DNA of 64,000 bases from Candidatus Multivorans sp. (GCA_965224025.1 OZ245033.1:4288001-4352000); one strand, 5' to 3'; shown: positions 27,426-37,869, counted from the first letter of the stretch. The notes: generated by a model not told the origin, from the letters alone. A program made the numbers and translations.

Positions 27426-29167
27426 ACGGCCTCGAGCAGGAAGCCCAGCAGGTCGCCCTCCACGTAGTCGTTGTCGACCACGTTGACCAGGAAGTAGGTG
27501 TCGTGGATGCGCTGAAGCAGGCGCCGCGACTCGCTGTCCTCCTCGTAGACCGCCGCCCACGACGACAGCCACAGGTCGAAGGCCTCGTCCTTCCAGACCA
27601 CGAAGGACCCCGGATCGACGATCGTCGGCTGCCGGACCTCGCCACCCGGGAAGACACCCCAGGTCACCGCGTTGACCGTGTCGCTGTTGCTGATCGCGTT
27701 GCCGGAGCGGTCGATCGCGTGGTAGGTCAGGATCTCGTTGGCGTCCATGGCCGCCAACAGCGGCGGCACCTGCTCCGGCGCCACGAAGAACTCCAGGTAC
27801 GCCTTCTGGTACACGCGGCCGCCCGAGCCGCCCCAGCCCACGGCGGGATCGTCGGACGGTGCGCCGTCGACGCGCGGCTGGGAGTTGATCGTCAGCAGCC
27901 CCGCCCTGTTCAGCCGCACCAGCGCGTTCTTCAACGGTTCGCTCTCCAGGTCGAGCGGCCAGTCGTACCAGGGGATGCCGCCGACATCGCCGCGGCAGAA
28001 CCCCGCAAAGACTTCACGCACCTGATCGATCGAGCGCAGTTCGCGGCCCCAACGGTCACGCGCCACGTCCGGCTTCACGGGGCGAAACGCGAGGTGGTGG
28101 TCCGCCAGATCGCCGAACGCGGGCGAACCTGAATCACCCCAACGGCCGTTCGGGAACTCGTCCCAGTCCTGGGTGCGGGCGAGATAGCTCTTCGGCCGGT
28201 TGGCCCAGAAGATCGGCCGCACGTCCTCCTTGGGACGGCGGACCGCGGCGGCGCTGCGCCATGGCAGCACCCGCTCCGTGTGTTCGGGGACGATGCCCAG
28301 CCGGCGGAGGATCACCTGCACCGAGCGCTCGAGATTCAAGGTGTAGAAGTGCAGGCCGGGGGCGCCGCCGTCGATCAGGCGGCGGCAGATATCCGTCAGA
28401 ACATCCTGCCCGTACTCGCGGACCGATGCGTCGTGGAAACGGCGCGCCTCGATCTCCCGCGCAATCTCCGGCGGCGCGCTGGCGCCGAAACCGGTGATGC
28501 GCTGGAACGACTGGTAGCCGTTGATCGGCGCCAGCCCGGGAACGATCGGGCAGTCGATGCCGCGCTCGCGGCAACCCTCCACGAAGCGGAAATACAACTC
28601 CGGCTCGTAGAACATCTGCGTGATGACGAAGTCCGCGTCGGTCGCGACTTTCTCGGCCAGATGGTCGAGATCGCGCTCCCGGCTCGGAGCCTCCGGATGG
28701 CCTTCCGGATAGCCGCCGACACAGATTCCGAAGTGGTCCCCATGCTCTTCGCGGATGAACCGCACGAGGTCCGACGCATACGAAAAGCCGTCGGCGATGG
28801 GCGACCAGGAACCGCGGCCGCGGGGCGGATCGCCGCGCAGGGCCAGGATGTTGCCGATGCCGCGCTCGCGACAGTTCTCGAGCACCGCCGCGATCTTCCG
28901 GCGCGGCATGTTGGTGCAGGTCAGGTGCATCATCGTCTCGATGCCGAGCACGTTCTCGATCGTGCTCGCCAGTTCGAAGGTGAGCTCGGCGGTGCTGCCG
29001 CCGGCGCCCCAAGTCACGTCGACGAACGCCGGCTCCAGCCGCCCCATGCGCTCGATGCGCGCGTAGAGGTTCTCGATCCCCTTCTCCGTCTTCGGCGGGA
29101 AGTACTCGAACGAGTAGAACGGCAGCCCCTCGGAGGTCGCCGAGCGCAGTTTGTCGATCAGCTTCAT
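27377..29167 (-). CDS. metF: Methylenetetrahydrofolate reductase, long eukaryote-type with C-terminal regulatory domain
   Basis: Catalytic motifs FEYFPPKT, VTWGAGG, MHLTCTN, ILALRGDPP, GYPEGHP, ITQMFY and HFYTLN. Then EDVRPIFWANRPKSY, WDEFPNGRWG, TINSQP, YQKAYLEFF, NAVTWGVFPG and WKDEAF. Confidence 0.95.
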   Translation of the reverse strand: MKLIDKLRSATSEGLPFYSFEYFPPKTEKGIENLYARIERMGRLEPAFVDVTWGAGGSTAELTFELASTIENVLGIETMMHLTCTNMPRRKIAAVLENCRERGIGNILALRGDPPRGRGSWSPIADGFSYASDLVRFIREEHGDHFGICVGGYPEGHPEAPSRERDLDHLAEKVATDADFVITQMFYEPELYFRFVEGCRERGIDCPIVPGLAPINGYQSFQRITGFGASAPPEIAREIEARRFHDASVREYGQDVLTDICRRLIDGGAPGLHFYTLNLERSVQVILRRLGIVPEHTERVLPWRSAAAVRRPKEDVRPIFWANRPKSYLARTQDWDEFPNGRWGDSGSPAFGDLADHHLAFRPVKPDVARDRWGRELRSIDQVREVFAGFCRGDVGGIPWYDWPLDLESEPLKNALVRLNRAGLLTINSQPRVDGAPSDDPAVGWGGSGGRVYQKAYLEFFVAPEQVPPLLAAMDANEILTYHAIDRSGNAISNSDTVNAVTWGVFPGGEVRQPTIVDPGSFVVWKDEAFDLWLSSWAAVYEEDSESRRLLQRIHDTYFLVNVVDNDYVEGDLLGFLLEAVQADEPPSMTIVAPVT

Positions 29168-29198
29168 CGCAGACCGGATCCTACTTCCGGAAGGGGCG

Positions 29199-30110
29199 CT
29201 AGAACGGGACTTCGTCCTCCGCTTCCGCCCGCTCGCCAGCAAGCCGCTCCGCCTGCTGCACCAGCCCCGGCGCCTTCAGCCTCTCCGCCACGGCGGCCAG
29301 TTCCGGAGTTGGACCGCGCCACTTCAGTTCGTCGACGGCGCCGCTCACAGGCGCATCCCCCACCAGCGTGGCGAGCTCGCGGAACAGTTCCGCCGCCTCC
29401 CGCTCCTCCCGCAGCGTTGCCGCCAGCCGGTCCCGGCTCCGCACCTTGACCTTCCACTTCCAGGGCTCGTTCGGTATCTCCTCCAGGTGGACGTAGTGCG
29501 CCAGCACGGCCGCCGCCGACTTGGCGCCCCAGCCCCGCAGGCCCGGAAAGCCGTCGGCGCTGTCGCCGACCAGGGCGAGGTAGTCGGGGATCGACTCCGG
29601 TTCGACTCCGAACTTCTCCCGGATGCCGTCGGCGTCCCAGCGCACGCCGCGCCGCCGGTCGACCTGCACCACCCGGCCGCCCCGACCCGCGTCGACGCAC
29701 TGCGCCAGGTCCTTGTCGGGCGTGCAGATCTGGACCTCGACCACGCGCTCGTCGGCGGCCGCCATGGCAGCGCCGCTGGCCAACCCGTCATCCGCTTCGT
29801 GCTCCACCATCGGCCACACGGTGATGCCGACCGCGCTCAGGGCCTCTTCGAGCAGCGGGAACTGGGCCAGGAGTTCCGGGTCGATCCCCTCGCCGGTCTT
29901 GTAGCCGGGCCAGAGATCGTTGCGGAACGACTCGATCACGTGGTCCGTCGCCACGGCCATGTGGGTCGCGCCGTCGCGGAACATGCCGAGCAGCGAGAAG
30001 ACGACGCCGCGCACGGCGCCGACCTCGAGCCCATGATCGTTCCGGTAGCTCGGGGCGCCGAAGTGGTGCCGAAACAGTTCGTACGTGCCGTCGATCAGAT
30101 GGACGTACAT
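29199..30110 (-). CDS. Stand-alone 5'-3' exonuclease / flap endonuclease
   Basis: HLIDGTYELFR, FRNDLWPGYK, EADD, TPDKDLAQ and DYLALVGDSADGFPGLRGWGAKSA (H3TH). Confidence 0.93.
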   Translation of the reverse strand: MYVHLIDGTYELFRHHFGAPSYRNDHGLEVGAVRGVVFSLLGMFRDGATHMAVATDHVIESFRNDLWPGYKTGEGIDPELLAQFPLLEEALSAVGITVWPMVEHEADDGLASGAAMAAADERVVEVQICTPDKDLAQCVDAGRGGRVVQVDRRRGVRWDADGIREKFGVEPESIPDYLALVGDSADGFPGLRGWGAKSAAAVLAHYVHLEEIPNEPWKWKVKVRSRDRLAATLREEREAAELFRELATLVGDAPVSGAVDELKWRGPTPELAAVAERLKAPGLVQQAERLAGERAEAEDEVPF

Positions 30111-30158
30111 GCCGGGCTCGTGACGTAGGACATCGCGGGCAAGCTACCATCAGCCGCC

Positions 30159-31940
30159 ATGCTCTCTTCCCCGTCCGCGTTCCTGCTCGCCTTCGCGGTG
30201 GCCGCGGCGTTGCCCGCAACCGCCGCGAACCTGCCCGGCGACCCCCTGACCGGGTCCGGCGAGGTGGCGCGGACCCTGTTGCCGGCCGCTCAACTGCAAG
30301 GCGGCGAGTTGCCGTCGCCGATCGACAACTCGGCCTTCGCGCTGCCGGAGAATGCCGCGCCGCCGCGCCACGAGATGCAGGGAACGCTGCAACTCTTCGG
30401 AGGCGGCGCGTCGTCGTGGACCGTTCACCATGACTTCTACTCGCGGGCGCTGGAGCCGCCGATCACCTCCGCCTTGCGCCGCATCCCCCGGCTCGAAGTC
30501 GTTCTCACCCAGAGCGGCTCCCACCTGATTCCGGCGAACCGGGGGCTCCGCTTCACCGGCGATGCGTACTGGAACGCGATCGTCGGCGCGGGGCGGATCT
30601 GGAGCGAGCGCGGAGACGGCGGCAGAAGCCGGGCCTCGCTGCCGATCACCCTGGTCGAGCGCAACCAGAACTGCGCCTACCACGGCGTCGTTTCCTTCCT
30701 CTTCGACGGCAGCAGCACCACGCCCGCGGCCTTCCAGGTGACCCAGGAGACCTGCAAGTACTTCAAGTTCGACCTCTGGGACGCCGGCCCCACGCGCTTC
30801 GCGGCCGGCGGGGCGCCAGACGCCGGGGCGGTCGCAGCCGCTTACGCCGCCGAGACGGCAGCCCGGATACCGGTGCGGCCGATCGACCGGATCCGGGGCG
30901 ACTACCCGCGGTCCCAGGTCTACCCGCAGTCGTTCAGCGGCGGCATGGACCGCGAACACCTGACCGCGTTCGGCGTCGCCTTCGACGGCGTCCACTATGC
31001 CGGTCCCGTCCGCACCCGTCACGGCGACTATCCCTACCCGGACCAGATCCGCCTGCCGTCCTACTCCACCGCCAAGACCGCCTTCGCCGCGGTGGCCCTG
31101 ATGCGGCTGGCCCAGATGCACGGCGAGGATGTGGCCAGGCTGCCGCTCCGGGACTACCTGCCGAAGCCACCCAGGGACCGCTGGCAGGGCGTGACCTTGG
31201 AGCACCTGCTGGACATGGCGACGGGCCACTACTGGGATCCCGCCGACCAGGAGGACGAGAAGGACACGACCACCGAGCTGAACTTCTTCGTCGTCGAGAA
31301 CCAGAATCGCAAACTCCGGGGTTCCACGGCTTACACCACCAAGGAGCCGCCCGGCCGGCGCTGGGTGTACCACCCGACCGACACGTACCTGCTGACGTAC
31401 GCGATGACGGAGTACGTCGAGCGCCTGACCGGCGCCACGAAGAAGGAACCCGCCGACCTGCTGGGATTCGTCGCCGACGAGGTCTACAGGCCCCTCGGCC
31501 TGTCGGCCGGCGCGCTCCAGGCGGTGCGCACCGACAACCGGGCCGACGGCCGACCCTTCGGCGGCTACGGCATGTTCTGGACGCCGGACGACATCCTCAA
31601 GATCGCCAACCTGCTGAACGTCCAGCGCGGCCGGATCGGCGACCGGCAGGCGCTCCATCCCGACCTGCTGGCGGCAGCCATGCAGGAGAACGAGGACGAC
31701 CGCGGCCTCGACGCCGTCCACCAGACCAAACCGAACAAGTACAACAACTCTGTCTGGTCGCGCCAGATCGAGGTGACCTCCGGCGCCACCGGCACCGAGC
31801 AGATCTGGGTGCGCCAGATGCTGGGCTACGGCGGCATCGGCGTCTTGATGCTGCCAAACGGAGCGGTCTTCTACTACTTCGGAGACGGTGACGACCACGA
31901 GTGGCTGCGCTCGGCGCGGGAGGCGTACAAGCTGAAATGA
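30159..31940 (+). CDS. Secreted serine hydrolase (beta-lactamase-like family) with N-terminal extension
   Basis: Signal peptide; SxxK in YSTAKT, VTLEHLLDMATG, PGRRWVY and MLGYGG. Confidence 0.8.
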   Translation: MLSSPSAFLLAFAVAAALPATAANLPGDPLTGSGEVARTLLPAAQLQGGELPSPIDNSAFALPENAAPPRHEMQGTLQLFGGGASSWTVHHDFYSRALEPPITSALRRIPRLEVVLTQSGSHLIPANRGLRFTGDAYWNAIVGAGRIWSERGDGGRSRASLPITLVERNQNCAYHGVVSFLFDGSSTTPAAFQVTQETCKYFKFDLWDAGPTRFAAGGAPDAGAVAAAYAAETAARIPVRPIDRIRGDYPRSQVYPQSFSGGMDREHLTAFGVAFDGVHYAGPVRTRHGDYPYPDQIRLPSYSTAKTAFAAVALMRLAQMHGEDVARLPLRDYLPKPPRDRWQGVTLEHLLDMATGHYWDPADQEDEKDTTTELNFFVVENQNRKLRGSTAYTTKEPPGRRWVYHPTDTYLLTYAMTEYVERLTGATKKEPADLLGFVADEVYRPLGLSAGALQAVRTDNRADGRPFGGYGMFWTPDDILKIANLLNVQRGRIGDRQALHPDLLAAAMQENEDDRGLDAVHQTKPNKYNNSVWSRQIEVTSGATGTEQIWVRQMLGYGGIGVLMLPNGAVFYYFGDGDDHEWLRSAREAYKLK

Positions 31941-34375
31941 CGGATCGGGTACCCGAGACAGCGACAAACAGCGGACCGTTCGCCGGCTTCCGGGTGATCG
32001 AACTCGCTGAGGGCGTCGCGGGTCCCTACTGCGGCAAGCTGCTCGCCGACCTCGGCGCCGACGTGATCAAGGTCGAGCCGCCGGCCGGCGACCGGGCCCG
32101 CCGGGCGACCGGCGGCGACCCGGCGAAAACGCTCGACCCGGAAGGCTCGCCGCTGTTCCTCTACTGCAACACGAGCAAGCGAGGGATCGTCCTCGACCTG
32201 GACGACGACGGCGACCGCGAGACGTTCGCCGACCTGCTTGCCAGCGCTTCGGTCCTGATCACCGACCGGGAGCCGTCCGTCGAGGCGCCCGACGACCTGA
32301 TCGTCGCCGCGGTGACTCCCTACGGCCTTGCCGGCCCCAGGGCCGCCGCACCGGCCGGGGAGCTGACGCTCACCCACGGCGGCGGTCTCGTCAACCAGAT
32401 GCCGGTCCGGTCCCGCGACGTCGACCGCGCGCCGGTCACCCTGGGCGGTCATCAGGCCGGCTACCACGCGGGCCTGGTCGCGGCGCTCGCCGTCGCGTCC
32501 CTGCTGTATGGACGCCGCCGCGGCGGCGACGGCGCCAGCGTCGATGTCTCGATCCAGGACGTGATGGTCAGCATGGTGGCGCCGCTCCTCGCCAGCGCCC
32601 GCTACCACGAGACGACCTGGTCAAGGGTGCCGGACCGACCGCCCGCCATGGGCCGCCTGCGGACCAGCGACGGCTACGTGATCCTGAACGCCTTCGACGA
32701 CCACCACTTCGTGCTCTTCCGCGAACTGATGGGGAACCCCTCCTGGTGCGAAGGCGACGAGTGGAAGGACAGGGCCTACCGCAGCCACCACCTGATGGAA
32801 ATCGCACCCCAGGTCGACGCCTGGGCGCTCGAGCAGAAGCGTGACGACCTGTACCACCGCGCCGCCCGCCTGGGCATTCCCGTCGGCCCAATCCACGACG
32901 CCGCCGACGTGATGGCCTACCGGCAGTTCGCGGCACGCGACTACTTCGTCGAGGTGGACCACCCGAGCACCGGGCCGAAGCGCTACGCCGGCTGGCCGTA
33001 CCGGATGGGCTCGTCGAAGCCGCGGGTGTCGCGACCGGCGCCGCTCCTGGACGAGCACTCGGCGCAGATCCGGAGCGAATTGAACGGCAACCACGCCGGC
33101 GCGCGGACCACGGTCGCTCCATCGGGCAGCGAGAGCGCAACCGCCACGGACCGGACCGCCCTGCCGCTCGAGGGCATCCGCGTCGCCGAATTCGCCTGGG
33201 TCTGGGCCGGGCCTTACGCCGGCGTCCTGCTGTCGGCGCTCGGCGCCGAAGTGATCAAGGTCGAGGGGCCGAAGCGCCTCGACCTGACCCGCCGCTCCGT
33301 CGTCTGGCCGCGCGCCGAGGAAGCGCCACAGAAGATCGATCCCGACGCGGGCATGGCGTTCAACACGATGAACCTGAACAAGCAGTCGCTGACTCTCGAC
33401 CTGTCGCAGCGGGAAGGCCGCGAACTCGCCCTTCGCCTCGCCGCCGAGTGCGACGTGGTCTACGACAACATGCGCCCAGGGGCGATGGTCAAGCTCGGCC
33501 TGGACTACGAGAACCTGCACCGCGCGAACCCCGGGCTGATCGTCGCGTCCTCATCGGGCCGCGGCCACGGCGGTCCGGAGACCGAGTACCTCGGCTACGC
33601 GATGGTCCACCAGGGCGTCGCCGGCGGCGCGTACATCTCCGGCTACCCGGACGACCATCCCACCCACAGCGGCGGCGACGTCGACCTGATGAACGCGATC
33701 ACGCTCGCCTTCTCCATCGTCGCGGCGCTCCACCACCGCGATCTGACCGGTGAGGGCCAGTTCATCGACTACTCCCAGTGCGAGGGCGTCAGCGCGATCC
33801 TCGGCGAAGTGCTGCTCGAGTACGAGATGACCGGCAAGATCCCCGAACGCGCCGGCAACGCGCACCGCTCCTCCGCGCCACACAGCGTCTACCGCTGCTG
33901 GGGAATCGACCGCTGGCTCGCGATCGAGGTCCACAGCGACGAGGAGTTCGGCCGCCTGGCGGCGACGATGGGCCGGCCGGAGCTGGCGGAGGATCCACGC
34001 TTCGCCACCGCGGCCGCCCGCAAGCAGAACGAAGCCGAACTCGACCGGATCATCGGCGCCTGGACCAGGGAACGGGACCGCGACTGGCTGGCTCGGGAAC
34101 TCCTGGGCGCGGGAGTAGCCGCCGCGCCGTCCCGCGACGCCCGCGACCTCTACGCCGACTCGCATCTTCGAGCCCGCGGCTCCTTCGCCACCGTCGAACA
34201 CCCCGAGTGCGGCGACCTGGAACTCGTCGGGCCGCCCTTCCGCATCGAAGGGCGCGACCTGAGCCCCCGCCGCGCGCCCCTTCTCGGCGAGCACACCGAC
34301 GCCATCCTCGGCGGCCTGCTCGGCCTCTCCGAGGAAGAACTCGCCGACTACCGCCGCCGCGGCGTCGTCGACTGA
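31937..34375 (+). CDS. Double-domain CaiB/BaiF (family III) CoA transferase
   Basis: AGPYCGKLLADLGADVIKVEPP and WVWAGPYAGVLLSALGAEVIKVE; APLLGEHT; ATGA overlap with the upstream gene. Confidence 0.92.
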   Translation: MTDRVPETATNSGPFAGFRVIELAEGVAGPYCGKLLADLGADVIKVEPPAGDRARRATGGDPAKTLDPEGSPLFLYCNTSKRGIVLDLDDDGDRETFADLLASASVLITDREPSVEAPDDLIVAAVTPYGLAGPRAAAPAGELTLTHGGGLVNQMPVRSRDVDRAPVTLGGHQAGYHAGLVAALAVASLLYGRRRGGDGASVDVSIQDVMVSMVAPLLASARYHETTWSRVPDRPPAMGRLRTSDGYVILNAFDDHHFVLFRELMGNPSWCEGDEWKDRAYRSHHLMEIAPQVDAWALEQKRDDLYHRAARLGIPVGPIHDAADVMAYRQFAARDYFVEVDHPSTGPKRYAGWPYRMGSSKPRVSRPAPLLDEHSAQIRSELNGNHAGARTTVAPSGSESATATDRTALPLEGIRVAEFAWVWAGPYAGVLLSALGAEVIKVEGPKRLDLTRRSVVWPRAEEAPQKIDPDAGMAFNTMNLNKQSLTLDLSQREGRELALRLAAECDVVYDNMRPGAMVKLGLDYENLHRANPGLIVASSSGRGHGGPETEYLGYAMVHQGVAGGAYISGYPDDHPTHSGGDVDLMNAITLAFSIVAALHHRDLTGEGQFIDYSQCEGVSAILGEVLLEYEMTGKIPERAGNAHRSSAPHSVYRCWGIDRWLAIEVHSDEEFGRLAATMGRPELAEDPRFATAAARKQNEAELDRIIGAWTRERDRDWLARELLGAGVAAAPSRDARDLYADSHLRARGSFATVEHPECGDLELVGPPFRIEGRDLSPRRAPLLGEHTDAILGGLLGLSEEELADYRRRGVVD

Positions 34376-34625
34376 CGCGTTGCCTGCCCGTACCTGCACT
34401 GGTGCTCTAAGGCACTGACTCTCCACTGGGCGTCCAACGCGGCAAAGCAGCCAGGGCACGGGTCCCAGCTAGGTGCTCGAAGCACAGTGCGCCGGTGGTC
34501 GCTCCTGGCTGCTTGCCGACTTTCCTTCAGTGACTCCGGCAGGCCGGAGACGCAACCGACCGGCGGTCTCGGCGCTACACTCACCCCCCACTATCCAGCA
34601 TCCCCATTCGCCAAGGGAGGTCCCT

Positions 34626-35600
34626 GTGACTCGACTCCGCCGAACTTCGCGCACGGCCGCGATCGCCGCCGCCTGCATCGCCGCAGCACTGCTCCTCGCC
34701 GCCCCCGTCCTTGCCCAGGACGGCGACTCCGTCACCGTCGACATCATGAGCAAGTACCGCGTGGCACCGAACATCACATACCTCACGGCCTCCGGCTACG
34801 AGTCCAAGCTCGACGTAATGACGCCCCGGGGCCAGGATCCGGCGCCGACCCTGATCTACATCCATGGTGGCGGCTGGGTCGGCGGCACGAAGGAAGCGAG
34901 CGTTCTGCGCGCGCTCCCCTACCTGGAGATGGGATGGGCGGTCGTCAACGTCGAGTACCGCATGGCCCGCAACGAACTTGCGCCCGGCGCCGTCGAGGAC
35001 TGCCGCTGCGCACTGCGCTGGGTCTACGAGAACGCCGAGGACTACAACATCGACACGAGCCGGCTCGTCGTCACCGGCGCCTCGGCCGGCGGCCACCTGT
35101 CGCTGACCACGGGTATGCTGCCGGCCTCTGCCGGCCTGGACCGGCTCTGTCCCGGCAACGACGCCAGCCGCCCCGGCTGGGCCGCGGCGGACGAGTACGG
35201 GATGCCGGTGGCGGCGATCGTCAACTGGTTCGGGATCACCGACGTGGGCGACCTGCTCGAAGGCGTGAACGCGAAGAGCTACGCCGTCGCCTGGGTGGGC
35301 TCCGAGCCCAACCGCATGGAACTCGCCAAGCGATTGTCTCCGATGACCTACGTCCGTTCCGGCCTGCCGCCCATCCTGACGATCCACGGCGACGTGGACA
35401 ACATCGTCCCCTACCAGCACGCCCTCGATCTGCACGCCAAGCTCGACGAGGCGGGTGTTGTGAACAAGATCCACACCGTGCCCGGCAAGGGCCACGGCAA
35501 CTTCAGCCCCGACGAGCAGCAGGAGATCTTCCGGGTCATCCGCGCCTTCCTCGACGAGCACGTGACCGGCGGAGGCGGCGCAAGCACCGGCGCCGAGTAG
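34626..35600 (+). CDS. Secreted alpha/beta hydrolase (HSL/BD-FAE-like esterase)
   Basis: AAGGGAGG RBS, signal peptide, IHGGGW, GASAGG and IHGDVD...GHG. Confidence 0.9.
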   Translation: MTRLRRTSRTAAIAAACIAAALLLAAPVLAQDGDSVTVDIMSKYRVAPNITYLTASGYESKLDVMTPRGQDPAPTLIYIHGGGWVGGTKEASVLRALPYLEMGWAVVNVEYRMARNELAPGAVEDCRCALRWVYENAEDYNIDTSRLVVTGASAGGHLSLTTGMLPASAGLDRLCPGNDASRPGWAAADEYGMPVAAIVNWFGITDVGDLLEGVNAKSYAVAWVGSEPNRMELAKRLSPMTYVRSGLPPILTIHGDVDNIVPYQHALDLHAKLDEAGVVNKIHTVPGKGHGNFSPDEQQEIFRVIRAFLDEHVTGGGGASTGAE

Positions 35601-35652
35601 CGTCCGCCACTGCGTGCGCCGGCCTTCTGGCCGGCCTTCGGCACTGGGCACA

Positions 35653-35681
35653 GGTGCGCCGGCGTCCCCGCCGGCATCCGG
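35653..35681 (-). repeat. REP-like palindromic element, copy 2
   Basis: GGTGCGCCGGCGTCCCCGCCGGCATCCGG; same layout and GCATCCGG end as 92-120, with a different but still paired stem. Confidence 0.55.
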
Positions 35682-35693
35682 TGAGAACCACAC

Positions 35694-37109
35694 GTGACCT
35701 CCAACCCCGCATCCGGCGCCCCGGACTTCTGCACCCGGACCGCCGTCGATCTCGCCACGCTGATAGCGAACGGCGATGTCTCCGCGGTCGAAGTGCTCGA
35801 CGCCCACCTCGCCTGGATCGACCAGCGCAACCCCGAACTCAACGCGATCTGCACCCTCGACCGCGACCGGGCGCGTGCCGAGGCCCAAGCCGCCGACGAC
35901 CTGCGGCGCACGGCCCCGGACGAAGCCGCCGCCAAGCCGCTGCTCGGCTTGCCGACCGCGGTCAAGGACCTCGTCCCCACGAAGGGCATCCGCACCACCT
36001 TCGGCTCGCCGATCTTCGCGGACAACGTCCCCGACGTCGACGCCCTGATCGTCGAGCGGATGCGCGAAGCCGGCGCGATCGTCATCGGCAAGACGAACAC
36101 ACCGGAGTTCGGCGCCGGGTCGCAGACCTTCAACCTGGTCTTCGGCAAGACCCGCAACCCCTGGGACCCGAGCCGCACCTGCGGCGGTTCCAGCGGCGGT
36201 GCGGCAGCCGCGCTTGCGAGCGGCATGCTGCCGATAGCCGACGGCAGCGACCTCGGGGGGTCGCTGCGCAACCCGGCCAGCTTCTGCGGCGTGGTCGGCT
36301 TCCGGCCTACGCCCGGCCGCGTCCCCCGGGTCCCCCCCGAGCAGGGCTGGGACGACCTCGCCGTGCTCGGGCCGATGGGACGGACCGTCGCCGATGCGGC
36401 GCTGCTGTTCTCCGTCATCGCGGGGCCTGACCCGCGCGACCCGATCTCACTCGGTCCGCCGGCCACACCCTTCCACCCGGTCGAGCCCGCCGATCTCCGC
36501 GGCCTCCGGCTCGCCTGGACGCCAAACCTGGGGCTATACCCCGTCGAACGTGAAGTCGTCGCGGTCTGCGAAGCCGCCCTGCCGGTGTTCCGGGATCTGG
36601 GCACCGATGTCGAGGAAGCCGCGCCCGACCTCTCATGCGCCGACGCCATCTTCCGCACCCTGCGCGCCAGCCTGTTCGCCGACAAGCTGGCGCCCCTGTA
36701 CCCGCAACACCGCGGCCAGATGAAGGACACCGTGATCGAGGAGATCGAACGCGGTCTGGCGCTCACGGGACCGGGCGTCACGTCAGCCCAGGCTGAACGC
36801 ACCCACATCCACTGCCGCGTCGTCGAGTTCTTCGAGCGCTACGACGCCCTGCTCATGCCGACCGTCCAGGTGCTGCCCTTCGACGTCGACCAGCCCTACC
36901 CCACGCAGGTCGACGGACAGCCGATGGCGACCTACACCGACTGGATGGCCTCCTGCTACTCGATCACCGTGACGGGCTGCCCGGCCATCTCTGTGCCGTG
37001 CGGCGCCGCGTCCGACCTGCCGGTGGGCCTCCAGATAGTCACGCCGCGAGCGAGCGACCGCCTGACGCTCGCGATTGCCGCCGCGTTCGAGTCCGCGAAG
37101 GCGGCCTGA
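35694..37109 (+). CDS. Amidase (amidase signature family)
   Basis: PLLGLPTAVKDL, IGKTNTPEFG, GGSSGG and GSDLGGSLRNPA. Confidence 0.95.
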   Translation: MTSNPASGAPDFCTRTAVDLATLIANGDVSAVEVLDAHLAWIDQRNPELNAICTLDRDRARAEAQAADDLRRTAPDEAAAKPLLGLPTAVKDLVPTKGIRTTFGSPIFADNVPDVDALIVERMREAGAIVIGKTNTPEFGAGSQTFNLVFGKTRNPWDPSRTCGGSSGGAAAALASGMLPIADGSDLGGSLRNPASFCGVVGFRPTPGRVPRVPPEQGWDDLAVLGPMGRTVADAALLFSVIAGPDPRDPISLGPPATPFHPVEPADLRGLRLAWTPNLGLYPVEREVVAVCEAALPVFRDLGTDVEEAAPDLSCADAIFRTLRASLFADKLAPLYPQHRGQMKDTVIEEIERGLALTGPGVTSAQAERTHIHCRVVEFFERYDALLMPTVQVLPFDVDQPYPTQVDGQPMATYTDWMASCYSITVTGCPAISVPCGAASDLPVGLQIVTPRASDRLTLAIAAAFESAKAA

Positions 37110-37128
37110 AGGTCCGTCGACGAAGCGC

Positions 37129-37869
37129 TCAGCGGCGGGCGGACCCGCAGTCGATCCGCCGCGCCAAGTCGACCGGCAACCGTTCCCGGAACGCGGCCGC
37201 CAACTCCGCGCTGCGGGCGCACAGGAGGCCCAGCGTCTCCACCAAGGTGCCTTCGTAGAGTTCCGGCAGCGGCGCCGAAAAGTCCCACCGGAAGTCCACG
37301 TGCGATTCCTCCCCGGGGCCGACGTACTCAAGCCACACGTTGCGCATGGAAGACGCCGCACGGCCCGCCATGGCAACGTCACCCGACCGGCAGGCATCAG
37401 CCTCGTCCGAACGACGGTGGGGGCCGCAGCTCCTGAACGTCCAGCCTTCCCTTGGCGCTCCTCCCTCCACCAGGGACAAACGCGGTCCGCATGCCTCGGG
37501 CGCGTTTGCAAGGAGATCCTCGTTCCCCCAGAGTCGATCCAGCGCTTCGATGTCCGACATCCGGAAGGACAGGCACGCGGTCGCGCCACGCCAGTTGGTG
37601 GAGTAGCTCGCGCTTCCGTCCTCGTCGACCAGGAGCCCGACCTCGACCGGACTCCGGTCGACCGGAGCGACCTTCAATGTCAGCCGCGTCCCGCGGGAAC
37701 GGTAGTGGTAGCCCTGCTCGTCGTCGAAACAACGGAGGGGCTCCCGCCAGTTGAACTTCCACGGGGTCAACGCGTAGCTGCAGCCACTAAGCAGGAGCAC
37801 GACGGCCAAGGCCGCCAAGAGGCGAACGACCTCGGACCGTGCCGCCGCTCTGCTGCGCCGCGGCCTCAA
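37129..37869 (-). CDS. Cys-rich putative lipoprotein, family member L2
   Basis: Lipobox LSG-C; LDRLW, DAC, WDFSAPLP, GLLCARS and DLARRIDC. Confidence 0.75.
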   Translation of the reverse strand: MRPRRSRAAARSEVVRLLAALAVVLLLSGCSYALTPWKFNWREPLRCFDDEQGYHYRSRGTRLTLKVAPVDRSPVEVGLLVDEDGSASYSTNWRGATACLSFRMSDIEALDRLWGNEDLLANAPEACGPRLSLVEGGAPREGWTFRSCGPHRRSDEADACRSGDVAMAGRAASSMRNVWLEYVGPGEESHVDFRWDFSAPLPELYEGTLVETLGLLCARSAELAAAFRERLPVDLARRIDCGSARR

